DNA of 64,000 nucleotides, taken from NCBI GenBank assembly GCA_026395595.1, contig JAPLYL010000002.1, positions 122,111 to 186,110 of the forward strand, read 5' to 3'. Both the position numbers and the translations under genes were made by a program. The stretch comes from Candidatus Parcubacteria bacterium (lineage in GTDB: Bacteria; Patescibacteriota; Minisyncoccia; Phycocordibacterales; CAIJYI01). Below, piece by piece: positions 30,186 through 39,811 of the stretch (position 1 is its first letter; each line of letters starts with the position of its first letter). Under the pieces are notes generated by a model that ran no database searches, was not told the DNA's origin, and saw only the letters and a program-made list of their open reading frames with translations.

Positions 30186-30280
30186 TGCTTTCTCCTGTTG
30201 TTAAAGTCTGTTCACTACTGTATATCACCATAAGTGATTTGTCAATAAAAGAATCCTTATCATTGAGGTATACTATTCTT

Positions 30281-30973
30281 ATGCTCATCGGAGGATTTCA
30301 AAAATTGACACTTCTGGATTATCCGGAAAAAACAGCCGCGATGATATTTACGCGTGGGTGTACTTTTTTGTGCCCGTTTTGTCATAATCCCGAGCTTATT
30401 TATGCCGATCAAGATACGGAAAATGTAACAGAAGAAGAAGTTTTGGATTATCTGAAAAAGAAGAAAAAAATGATTGATGGCTTGGTGATCACCGGAGGGG
30501 AACCGACCATTCATAAAGATTTGGGTGATTTTATAAAAAAAGTTCGCGATATCGGCATGGTTGTGAAACTGGATACGAACGGGACTTCTCCGGAAACAGT
30601 GGAAAGGTTTCTCAAAGAAAAGATAGTAGATTACTTCGCGATGGATTTGAAACATACGTGGGAGAAATATAATCTGATCGGGCGCTCAAAAAAAGAGGAA
30701 ATGATTGATGACGTGAAAAAAACCTTTTCTCTTATCCAGAATTCCGGCCTGCCCCATGAGTTTCGTACCACTGTTTTTCCGGGGTGTCACAGTGAGGAAG
30801 ATTTTTTCACAATGGCGGGTTACTTATTACCTGGTGAAACGTATTTTTTGCAGAATATCCGCTACGGAAAAACACTGGAAAAGAATTTAGACAAAAGTAA
30901 GAAACTGAATGTTTCTCATGTTGTTTCCAAATTGAAAGAAAAGTTCCCATGGCTTATAATTGAAGAGAGGTAA
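30281..30973 (+). CDS. nrdG: Anaerobic RNR activating protein
   Basis: TLLDYP, GCTFLCPFCHNP, ITGGEPT, KLDTNG, EFRTT. Confidence 0.93.
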   Translation: MLIGGFQKLTLLDYPEKTAAMIFTRGCTFLCPFCHNPELIYADQDTENVTEEEVLDYLKKKKKMIDGLVITGGEPTIHKDLGDFIKKVRDIGMVVKLDTNGTSPETVERFLKEKIVDYFAMDLKHTWEKYNLIGRSKKEEMIDDVKKTFSLIQNSGLPHEFRTTVFPGCHSEEDFFTMAGYLLPGETYFLQNIRYGKTLEKNLDKSKKLNVSHVVSKLKEKFPWLIIEER

Positions 30974-31035
30974 TGTTAAATTGTTATGTGAGATACTAAA
31001 ATTTTAAATGCTTAACCATTTAATAAATAAAATAC

Positions 31036-31293
31036 ATGATGGGATACTACAATTATGATTTTTATCCGCGCCACAACGGCTTTGAAATAGTTATTGCTGT
31101 ATTGTGCTGGATAGCGGTTGTTTCGTTTGTAATCTTTTTGGTGAAACGATTCGGAATGTGCCACGGGCGACGTTGTGGACACATGGGTGGGTTTCATGGT
31201 GGCTCCGCCTTGGACATCTTGAAAGAACGATATGCAAAAGGAGAAATCGACAAAAAAGAGTTTGAGTCAATGAAAAAAGAAATTGAGGGCTAG
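31036..31293 (+). CDS. SHOCT-domain membrane protein
   Basis: TM segment followed by ALDILKERYAKGEIDKKEF. Confidence 0.85.
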   Translation: MMGYYNYDFYPRHNGFEIVIAVLCWIAVVSFVIFLVKRFGMCHGRRCGHMGGFHGGSALDILKERYAKGEIDKKEFESMKKEIEG

Positions 31294-31352
31294 TTTCACA
31301 AAAATAATATATAAAAAGACTCGCAAAAATAGCGAGTCTTTTTGTTATAATG

Positions 31353-31423
31353 TCGGGCTGCCGGGAATCGAACCCGGTCTATATCCACCCCATGGACACG
31401 TACTACCGGTATACTACAGCCCG
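31353..31423 (-). tRNA. tRNA-Pro(GGG)
   Basis: Minus-strand cloverleaf with anticodon loop atggggt. Confidence 0.9.
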
Positions 31424-31618
31424 CCTTCACTAAGACTACGTCGGGCGATGCCCGCTTTCCTTTACTCTATCAGAAATTTCGTCTTTTGGAAATAAGTGTT
31501 TGTTTGCAAAAAAGCAGTTTCTTTGTTATATTATCCAAGTACTCAGCTTTGTCAGTGGGCTTTGCTCGCCGTAGCTTCAGCGGAGTCTGTCTTCGCCAAA
31601 AGCTATGGCAAAGTAAAA

Positions 31619-31692
31619 GCGGGTATAATTTAATGGTAGAATGGCACTCTTCCAAAGTGCATACCGGAGTTCGATTCTCCGTACCCGCACCA
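31619..31692 (+). tRNA. tRNA-Gly(TCC), CCA encoded
   Basis: gcact-cttccaa-agtgc; ends in ACCA. Confidence 0.93.
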
Positions 31693-31754
31693 GAAAAACC
31701 GACCACATGGCCGGTTTTTTGCTTGTTGCTTCTATTTTTGTTATTCTTATCTAT

Positions 31755-32936
31755 ATGAAAGAAAATTTTGAAGAGGCATTGCGAAGTTTAAGCGAGGATA
31801 TAAAACAGGAAGACGAGAAGAAGGCAAATAAAGATTTGCAAAAATACAGCAGTAAAAATATTCTTATGAAAGAGACGGCTGGTGTCGTGTATGAAATTCA
31901 AAAAGAGAAACAGCACGTTATAGATGAACTCCACCAAAAAATTCAAGATGTAGAAAACGATAAAGAAGTTAGCGGTTTTACGGAAGGAGAACCGCGTTTC
32001 GTTGAATGGAATAAACGGGCTCATCGCGCTATGGTCGTTCTTCCTTCCGGCAAACGTACGCCGGCTACTGTCGGGGAACTTGTAACTGACGGGGAGTGGA
32101 ATCTTTCCTATACTCTTTCCGGTGAAATACCGAGGGATATCAGAAAACGTTTTATCACGGCGGAGGCACGGAGGAAAATTCACAATTTGGCAGATGAACA
32201 GATTATTGAAACAGAAAAAGAAAGAGGGCTAAATCCCGTATTCAACCACTTGAAGGAGAACGAAAAAAGCGGAGCAAAAGAAATGAAAGACGGATTTATT
32301 GCCGAAAAGCTTGTTGCGACGTATTTTGAAAAGAACATTCTTGATCATGATCTCCCTATGAAATTTGAAAGAGCCGATGTTCTTGAGGATTTGCAGGAAA
32401 GGATAGATTTCAAGATTTATCGTCCAGATCGTATTCGGGGCGTAGGGACAACAACAGGAGTGCAGTTGACGATAGATACTACGTATCAGACACAAAATCG
32501 CAAAAAAGGAGATATAGAGAAAGTAAAACTTGAAAATAAATCGGACGTTGATGATATTGTGCTTGTTACTTTACCTTTAGACCATCTTCGTCAAAAATTT
32601 TCCACATGGAAAAACAATGAAATGCGACCAGGCGGACCCATGAAAACATGGGGAGATAAGGAGAAGAAAGAAATATTCAGAGGTGTTTTGTATGGAATTT
32701 TTCCGGAAAAGGAGATATCCGGTATGTGGGAAAGCGTAATCAGTGATGCGTCGGAAACGGATTTGAAAATAAACGAAGTGATTGAGCAAATTTCAAAAAT
32801 TAGCACTGAAAAAAAATCTCAAAAACAAACGAATAAAACAGAGATTACTACAAAAAAAACTTCCGATGAGGGCGGACAGGAAAATCTGGATAAATTTGCG
32901 AATAAATACGGTAGGTGGTTCGGTAAGAAAAAGTAG
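31755..32936 (+). CDS. Hypothetical protein
   Basis: Long ORF; start moved downstream of the tRNA (MKENF). Confidence 0.7.
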   Translation: MKENFEEALRSLSEDIKQEDEKKANKDLQKYSSKNILMKETAGVVYEIQKEKQHVIDELHQKIQDVENDKEVSGFTEGEPRFVEWNKRAHRAMVVLPSGKRTPATVGELVTDGEWNLSYTLSGEIPRDIRKRFITAEARRKIHNLADEQIIETEKERGLNPVFNHLKENEKSGAKEMKDGFIAEKLVATYFEKNILDHDLPMKFERADVLEDLQERIDFKIYRPDRIRGVGTTTGVQLTIDTTYQTQNRKKGDIEKVKLENKSDVDDIVLVTLPLDHLRQKFSTWKNNEMRPGGPMKTWGDKEKKEIFRGVLYGIFPEKEISGMWESVISDASETDLKINEVIEQISKISTEKKSQKQTNKTEITTKKTSDEGGQENLDKFANKYGRWFGKKK

Positions 32937-33021
32937 TATTTTTTGTTAGGATTTGGTATGGTTTATTTACCAAAGGTTAGTAAGTATATGCTTGCCCTGC
33001 GTAGCTTTTAGCGAAGCATGG

Positions 33022-33103
33022 GCCCGGGTGGCGAAATTGGTAGACGCGTACGCTTCAGGTGCGTATGTCGCAAGACATGGAGGTTCAAGTCCTCTCCCGG
33101 GCA
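33022..33103 (+). tRNA. tRNA-Leu(CAG)
   Basis: tacgc-ttcaggt-gcgta, long variable arm. Confidence 0.93.
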
Positions 33104-33405
33104 CAAAAAATCATCCGCTTCTGCGGATTTTTTGTGCCCGGGAAGGGAGTGCCCTGCGGCACTCGCGGGAGGATTTGAAGATGTTGAACTTGTCGCAACG
33201 AGTCGAGGCCGGTGAGGAATGGGCTGGGCCCCGTTCCGCAAGACCTTTTGAGAATTTTTGTGAGCGGTGAGCGCGACCTAAATTTTTACGACCATGGGGG
33301 AGATAAAAATGGAAGTACTCTTGCGGTGAAACAAAAAGTCCAAAAGGTGTACTGCGCCAGTAGGGCGAAGTGAGACGTGAAACATGTACCGTTCCTGTAA
33401 GGAAA

Positions 33406-33429
33406 AAGTCCTCTCCCGGGCACAAAAAA
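33406..33429 (+). repeat. 24-bp direct repeat of the tRNA-Leu 3' end (att-like)
   Basis: aagtcctctcccgggcacaaaaaa is identical to 33087-33110. Confidence 0.85.
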
Positions 33430-33511
33430 GACCAACAAAAGGTCTTTTTTATTTGTATTTATTGATGATCTGTCAAGGTAACCCTCTCTCTGTTTTTCGG
33501 TTATACTATTT

Positions 33512-34648
33512 ATGATGAACAACAAAGCTCAACCGGTGAAACTCCGTACGTGGATAGAGATAGATACGCGTGCAGCCACTCAAAACTATAAGGTTTTTCG
33601 GGGTATTATTAAACCGAAGACGAAACTGATGGCCGTCGTGAAATCCAATGCGTATGGAAACGAACTCATCGGTTTTTCCAAGATGCAGGACAAATTTGGG
33701 GCTGATGCATTTGGTGTGGACTCTATTACTGAAGGACTCGCCTTACGCGAGGCGGGAGTGGTGAAACCGATACTGGTTTTGGGGTATACGATCCACGAAA
33801 ACGTCCGCATTGCCTCAGAAAAGAACATCAGTATTACGCTTTCCAGTTTTGAAGCGCTTTCTTTGTTGATAAAAGAAAAAATACCGGTTACTGTCCATAT
33901 AAAAATAGACAGCGGTATGCACCGGCAAGGATTTTTTCCGAAAGACGCAAAAAAACTCGCCGATATTCTTTCGAAGAATAAGCACATAAAAGTAGAGGGA
34001 ATGTATACTCATTTTGCCAATGCAAAAAATCCGAGCTTTTCTGGAGATACCGACCAACAAGCGATGGAATTCAAACAAACTGCGGATATTTTTGAAAAAG
34101 CGGGATTTCATTTTATAAAACACGCGAGCGCGACATCAGGCGCTTTGCTTTTTCCTGAATATCACTTTGATATGGTACGTATCGGCATTGGTTTGTCCGG
34201 TTTGTGGCCGGCAAAGGAAGTGGAACGGGTGCTGGAGAAAAAAATAAAACTGACGCCGATACTTTCTTGGAAGACCGTCGTTGCCGAAACAAAAACCATT
34301 CCGAAAGGGGAGAGAATCGGATATAACTTCACGGAAACTTTTTCCCAAGATGCGAAGATTGTTATTTGCCCGATTGGTTATTGGCACGGATTTCCGAGGT
34401 CTCTTTCTTCTATTGGTCATGTACTCGTTGCTGGAAAGCGTGCAAGGGTACTCGGACGGGTTTCTATGGATATGATCACTGTTGATGTGAGCGATATAAA
34501 AAACATAAAAATAGGAGATGAGGTTATTCTTATCGGAAAAACAAGCAAAGAAGAAATTACCGCCGATGAATTCGCCGCTTATTCCGATACCTCAAGTTAC
34601 GAGATTGTAACAAGGATCAATCCAAAGATACAAAGAGTGTTTTTATAA
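33512..34648 (+). CDS. alr: Alanine racemase
   Basis: AVVKSNAYG, HIKIDSGMHRQG, YTHFA, GRVSMD, SYEIV. Confidence 0.96.
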   Translation: MMNNKAQPVKLRTWIEIDTRAATQNYKVFRGIIKPKTKLMAVVKSNAYGNELIGFSKMQDKFGADAFGVDSITEGLALREAGVVKPILVLGYTIHENVRIASEKNISITLSSFEALSLLIKEKIPVTVHIKIDSGMHRQGFFPKDAKKLADILSKNKHIKVEGMYTHFANAKNPSFSGDTDQQAMEFKQTADIFEKAGFHFIKHASATSGALLFPEYHFDMVRIGIGLSGLWPAKEVERVLEKKIKLTPILSWKTVVAETKTIPKGERIGYNFTETFSQDAKIVICPIGYWHGFPRSLSSIGHVLVAGKRARVLGRVSMDMITVDVSDIKNIKIGDEVILIGKTSKEEITADEFAAYSDTSSYEIVTRINPKIQRVFL

Positions 34649-34717
34649 GATTATCAAAAAACAAAAACTCCTCCGATCGTCATCGGAGGAGTTTTTGTTT
34701 TTTTGATAGAGGTAGAT

Positions 34718-34990
34718 TTACTTTACCGCATCTTTGAGAGCTTTTGCTGCGCGGAATTTCGGGACGGTCATAGCGGCGACCTGAATCAATTCTCCTGTTT
34801 TTGGGTTTCTTGCAGTGCGAGCTTTGCGAGCTTTTACGGCAAAAATTCCGAGACCGGCAATGGAGACATCTTGGCCTTTCTTGAGGCTTCCGATAATGGT
34901 GGCGATAACGGTTTCCACTACGTCCTCAGCTTGTTTCTTCGTGGTTCCGAGAACTGCGTGTACCGCTTCAATTATGTCTTGTTTGTTCAT
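34718..34990 (-). CDS. hup: HU family DNA-binding protein
   Basis: MNKQDII...RTARNPKTGE...PKFRAAKALKDAVK. Confidence 0.93.
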   Translation of the reverse strand: MNKQDIIEAVHAVLGTTKKQAEDVVETVIATIIGSLKKGQDVSIAGLGIFAVKARKARTARNPKTGELIQVAAMTVPKFRAAKALKDAVK

Positions 34991-35124
34991 AGTTATTATT
35001 CTTTTACTTTTAATGACGTCTACTTGATACATTACGATATCAGTATCAAATTGATCGACTAAATGTTCTTGCATTCATTATATATTATAGGGTTTTTTAT
35101 GCAATAGAGCCGTAGAATGGTAAT

Positions 35125-35248
35125 AATTTTCAATTTACAATTTTTAATTTTCAATCAATTTTCAAATGTGACAAACGTCTGTGTTTGAAAATTTTTTCAT
35201 TGAAACATTGTAAATTCATTGAAAATTAAAAATTGTAAATTGAAAATT
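35125..35248. repeat. Heptamer-unit inverted repeat, 31-bp perfect arms, no gene inside
   Basis: aattttcaatttacaatttttaattttcaat (35125-35155) is the reverse complement of 35218-35248. Confidence 0.85.
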
Positions 35249-35315
35249 TTTTTAAAAAAACAACCCTTCCTTTTCAAGAAAGAGCTGTTTTTTTTGGCTA
35301 GTTTTAAAGGTTTTT

Positions 35316-36839
35316 CTACCTCGCGTATTCTATCACCCTTGATTCTCTTATCACATTCACTTTGATTTCTCCCGGATATTTGAGCTCGTTTTCAATGCGA
35401 ACAGCAATCTCTCGGGCGAGTTTTTTGGACTCAAGATCAGTCACTGCTTCGGGGAAAACAAACACTCTTATCTCGCGCCCGGCTTGAAGAGCGTAGGCTT
35501 TTTCCACACCCCCAAATGACGTGGCAATTTTTTCCAGTTCTTCAAGACGCTTGATATAATTTTCAACAGAGTCGCGACGCGCACCTGGACGGCCTCCTGA
35601 AATAGCATCGGCAACCTGAACCAAAATAGATTCAACGGTTTCGTAAGGATACTCTTCGTGGTGCGCTTCCATCGCCTTGATGATCTTTTCATTCGCTCCG
35701 AACTTCTGAAGAATTCTTCTTCCGATGTCTACGTGCGTTCCTTGAATTTCATGGTCAACCGCTTTTCCGATGTCATGAAGAAGAGCGCCAGCTTTGGCGA
35801 TTTGAATATCTGCGCCGAGTTCTGTTGCGAGCATGCCGGCGATGTGCGCCATCTCAACCGAGTGACGCAAAACATTTTGTCCGTAGCTGGTTCGGAAATG
35901 GAGTCGTCCCAAAATGGAAACGATGCGCGGATCAAGATTGAAGACCCCGCACTCGTACACCGCTTTTTCTCCTTGATCTTTAATGATCTTGTTTATTTCA
36001 TTTTTCGCTTTTTCTACCATCTCCTCAATCTTTACCGGCTGGATGCGTCCGTCGGCAATGAGATTTTCAAGAGCGAGTTTGGCGATATTTCTTCGTACCG
36101 GATCAAAAGCGGAAATAGTGATGGAACCGGGAGTATCATCAACGATAAGTTCTACTCCGGCAGATCTTTCAAAAGCGCGGATGTTTCGTCCTTCTTTTCC
36201 GATTATTTTCCCTTTGATTTCATCGGAAGGAATAGTGACCGCGGTCGTCAACACATCTGAAGCGACGGAATTTCCCAAACGATGAATGGCTGTGGTAAGA
36301 ATTTCTCTCGCCTTTCTTTCCAGTTTTTCATTTCCGGTGTGTTCCAGTTTTTGCATGCGGACGAGAATATCTTCCTCATTTTGTTTCTCAACTTTTACCA
36401 TGAGTTCCTCCTTTGCTTCCTCTGGAGAAAGTTTGGCAATGCGGGAAAGATCTTTTTCCACTCCTTTTTTCAGGTCTTCGGATTCTTCCCGTATTCTTTT
36501 GATCTCTACGACTTTTTGTTTGAGAGATTCAACCTCACGATCAATATCCTGTTGGCGTCTATCCAACAGTTCTTCTTTTTTGATAAAGCGATCTTCCGTT
36601 TTTTGGAGGATCTCTTTTTTCTCTTTCTCTTCTTTTTTTATCTCTTCAACCTTACGGGCCGCTTCTTTTTCCGCTTGCGCTGTGATTTTCTGAGCCTCTT
36701 CCTTTGCGGAAAGAAGCATTTGTTTAATCTGGATCTCCATGGAACCCTTTTTCCCGAGGGAAACCAGAAGACGCAGATAGTACCCGAAAGCCACCCCCGC
36801 GAAGGTTATGACAATGAGCAATAAAATTTGTAATGACAT
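35316..36839 (-). CDS. rny: Ribonuclease Y
   Basis: N-terminal TM, coiled coil, KH (KGKIIGKEGRNIR), HD (LLHDIGK), RPGARR. Confidence 0.96.
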   Translation of the reverse strand: MSLQILLLIVITFAGVAFGYYLRLLVSLGKKGSMEIQIKQMLLSAKEEAQKITAQAEKEAARKVEEIKKEEKEKKEILQKTEDRFIKKEELLDRRQQDIDREVESLKQKVVEIKRIREESEDLKKGVEKDLSRIAKLSPEEAKEELMVKVEKQNEEDILVRMQKLEHTGNEKLERKAREILTTAIHRLGNSVASDVLTTAVTIPSDEIKGKIIGKEGRNIRAFERSAGVELIVDDTPGSITISAFDPVRRNIAKLALENLIADGRIQPVKIEEMVEKAKNEINKIIKDQGEKAVYECGVFNLDPRIVSILGRLHFRTSYGQNVLRHSVEMAHIAGMLATELGADIQIAKAGALLHDIGKAVDHEIQGTHVDIGRRILQKFGANEKIIKAMEAHHEEYPYETVESILVQVADAISGGRPGARRDSVENYIKRLEELEKIATSFGGVEKAYALQAGREIRVFVFPEAVTDLESKKLAREIAVRIENELKYPGEIKVNVIRESRVIEYAR

Positions 36840-37066
36840 TTTGGGTGTTTCGCTGTACGCAAAAACCCCTACCAGTTAGGCGTTTCCCTAAAAAATATAG
36901 ATAAAGATAGATATTTTCGTGTTTGAGAGCGCATAATCAAGATAATTTGGGTTTTCTTTAAACGAAACCGGAACCATCATCCTTTGACAACGGTATTTAA
37001 CTCATAACGATACCCGTAATAATAGCAGAAGAGGGTCAAAAAGTCCACCGCCGATAGACGGAGAAT

Positions 37067-37256
37067 AAAGCAACAAGAAAAAAGAAAAAAGGGAACGGCC
37101 GACTGCCGGGCTGGGGTTGTACCCCAGCCCGAAACGTTTGAATGACATAGTAAAGTTTGTTTAAAAAAAGAACCTCGTCTGGTCACACAAACGTTCCGGA
37201 ATGGGGTACAACCCCGTTCCGGCGGTACGTCGTCGTCCCCTTTTTCTTGTCGCTTT
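37067..37256. repeat. ~190-bp imperfect inverted repeat
   Basis: Arms with ggggttgtacccc / ggggtacaacccc and aaacgtttg / caaacgtt. Confidence 0.7.
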
Positions 37257-37273
37257 TTGCTTAATTCTTTTTC

Positions 37274-37855
37274 TTACGCTTTCGGTTTCATGACTGCGTC
37301 AACCAATCCATAGTCTTTTGCTTCTTCAGCACTCATATAATAGTCGCGGTCGGAGTCTTTGTTGAGTTGAATAGTCGTCTTTTTGGTGTTTTTGGCGAGG
37401 ATTCTATTCAAATTTTCTTTGGTTTTGAGAATGTGACGGGCGGTGATCTCAATATCAGAAGCTTGCCCTTCTGCTCCCCCCATAACCTGATGGATCATGA
37501 TTTCCGCATTCGGGAGAGCAAAACGCTTGCCTTTGGCACCAGAAGAAAGAAGTACGGCCCCCATGGAAGCGGCAATACCGACACAGATGGTTGCGACATC
37601 GGGTTTGATGTGTTCCATTGTGTCATAAATGGCGAGACCGGCGGTTACGGAACCTCCGGGGCTATTGATGTAGAGGGAAATATCTTTCTTCGGGTCTTCC
37701 GCTTCAAGGAAAAGAAGCTGAGCGATCACGATATTTGCGGTGTAATCATCAATCGGACCCGCGAGGAAGACGATACGCTCGCGAAGAAGCCGAGAGTAGA
37801 TATCATAAGCGCGTTCGCCGAATTGTGATTTTTCAATTACTGTAGGTATGAGCAT
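37274..37855 (-). CDS. clpP: ATP-dependent Clp protease proteolytic subunit
   Basis: [30 protein letters not shown]. Confidence 0.97.
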   Translation of the reverse strand: MLIPTVIEKSQFGERAYDIYSRLLRERIVFLAGPIDDYTANIVIAQLLFLEAEDPKKDISLYINSPGGSVTAGLAIYDTMEHIKPDVATICVGIAASMGAVLLSSGAKGKRFALPNAEIMIHQVMGGAEGQASDIEITARHILKTKENLNRILAKNTKKTTIQLNKDSDRDYYMSAEEAKDYGLVDAVMKPKA

Positions 37856-37872
37856 AGATTTATTTTTTTTTA

Positions 37873-37948
37873 TTCGTCATTCCCTTGAAAAAGGGAATCC
37901 ATGTTTGGTGATATAACTTTGGATCCCCGTATCCGCGAGGATGACGAA
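37873..37948. repeat. CGTC-type REP doublet (core of the MITE family, no TIRs)
   Basis: ttcgtcattccc...gggaatcca...tggatccccg...gaggatgacgaa. Confidence 0.7.
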
Positions 37949-38052
37949 ATGTTATGAATAACAAAAATAGCATACCATAAGAAAGATTTGTTGACAATAG
38001 CTGTTAAAATAGGTATATTTATGGCAGATACGTTCCATTTGAAAGGAGGATA

Positions 38053-38239
38053 TATGGTTATCTGGTACGCTTTGTTGGCGCTTGTCTCCGTTGGTTTTTT
38101 GATCGCGGCTTGCATTGTGGAAGCTGAACAAGGGTTTTATCGCGCGATTCCTTTAGGTCTTATCGGTTTCGCCGGAATTATTCATGCCTTCTATTTATAT
38201 AGCATGTATTTGCTTTCCGTTTACATGGCCATAAATTAA
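38053..38239 (+). CDS. Small membrane protein
   Basis: AAGGAGG RBS, two hydrophobic segments. Confidence 0.6.
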
Positions 38240-38375
38240 ATGGTTATGACAACCCCGTCCTTTCAAAAGGGCGGGGTTTTTGACAAAAAAAACGAGCAGT
38301 GGTAGTGTACCAACAGATTTGGTCGGTTTTTTGAAAGACCAATTTTGTTTAACTATCAAAAGAGGGCTTTGAAAT

Positions 38376-39593
38376 ATGGATAAAACTTCTGAAAGATCTC
38401 TTGAGCTCCACCAAGAACTCGGGGGAAAAATAGAAACAGGGTTGAAAAAAAAGATAAGAAATCCGAAAGATCTTTCTTTGTTATATACACCCGGGGTTGC
38501 TGCTGCCTGTACGGCTATTGGGAATGATAAAAAACTTTCCCGTGTCCTGACAATAAAAAAGAATACGGTTGCCATTGTTTCTGACGGTTCAGCCATTCTC
38601 GGTCTTGGAAATCTCGGACCGGAAGCGGCATTACCCGTTATGGAGGGGAAAGCGGTACTTTTCAAACAGCTCGGCGGAGTGGATGCTTTTCCTCTCTGTA
38701 TTGATGCCTATGAAACGGAAGATATTGTGAGGTTGGTAAAACAAATAGCGCCAACCTTCGGTGGTATTAACTTAGAAGACATTTCCGCTCCGCGATGCTT
38801 TGCTATAGAACAGCGTTTGAGAGAAGAACTGGATATCCCCGTGATGCACGATGATCAGTGGGGAACGGCGACCATTGTTCTTGCCTGTTTGATTAATGCG
38901 GTAAAATTGCGCGGACTTGATAGAGAAGAGGCGGAAGTGGTGGTGAACGGCGCCGGTGCGGCAGGTATTGCGGTTACAAAACTGCTTCTGGCGTATGGTT
39001 TTAAGAATATCGTTATTGTTGATACGAAGGGCGCCATATATCAAGGACGAAAAGATTTACTCCTCTTGTGCGAAAACAATCGAGAAAAATATCTTATCGC
39101 CAGTAGAACTAATCGATTCTATGAATGTGGGGATTTATCTGAGGTAATCGGCGATACGGATATTTTTATCGGCGTTTCCGGCCCGAACATCCTTACTGAG
39201 GATATGGTTCTTCATATGAATAAAGATCCGATTATTTTTGCGTTAGCTAATCCTATCCCCGAAATCATGCCTGATGTAGCCCATAAAGCTAGGGCGTTTA
39301 TTGTTGCAACGGGAAGTTCTGAATTTCCGAACCAATGCAATAATTGCTTGGTGTTTCCGGGAGTCTTTCGTGGAGCGCTGGATTATGGGGTGAAAAAAAT
39401 CACGGAAGAAATGCTTATTTGTGTTGCGAAAGCCATTGCCGGGATGGTAAAACATCCGAAGAAAGAAAACATCCTTCCTCATGCTTTAGACCGAAGAGTT
39501 CCCGTTATTATAGCACAGGCCATCGGTGAATACTTCAAGAAATCGGAATCATCTTTTTGTCCCCCCGTTATCGGTTGGGAATGCGTCTCTTAA
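38376..39593 (+). CDS. NAD(P)-dependent malic enzyme
   Basis: YTPGVA, DGSAILGLG, MEGKA, NLEDI, HDDQWGT, GAGAAG, ALANP. Confidence 0.93.
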   Translation: MDKTSERSLELHQELGGKIETGLKKKIRNPKDLSLLYTPGVAAACTAIGNDKKLSRVLTIKKNTVAIVSDGSAILGLGNLGPEAALPVMEGKAVLFKQLGGVDAFPLCIDAYETEDIVRLVKQIAPTFGGINLEDISAPRCFAIEQRLREELDIPVMHDDQWGTATIVLACLINAVKLRGLDREEAEVVVNGAGAAGIAVTKLLLAYGFKNIVIVDTKGAIYQGRKDLLLLCENNREKYLIASRTNRFYECGDLSEVIGDTDIFIGVSGPNILTEDMVLHMNKDPIIFALANPIPEIMPDVAHKARAFIVATGSSEFPNQCNNCLVFPGVFRGALDYGVKKITEEMLICVAKAIAGMVKHPKKENILPHALDRRVPVIIAQAIGEYFKKSESSFCPPVIGWECVS

Positions 39594-39811
39594 TATTTTT
39601 TAAGTAAGGAGAAAAACCATGCCATTTGGCCCCTTAATTGTTCGTTTATTGATTGCTCTCGGAGCGATGTTCTACGGCTTTCATAAAGTCGGCCCGCCAA
39701 CTTCTTCAAACTCAAATACAACGAAGAAAAAATGGCTCCAAAAAAGCAATAAGCAATAAGAAAAAAGTATACAAAAACCCGAACGCTATGCGTTCGGGTT
39801 TTTCTTTATTC

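Noticed and set aside
31470-33525. Short ORFs across tRNA genes and the mini-island
   Set aside because: They overlap tRNAs and repeats and lack protein-like features
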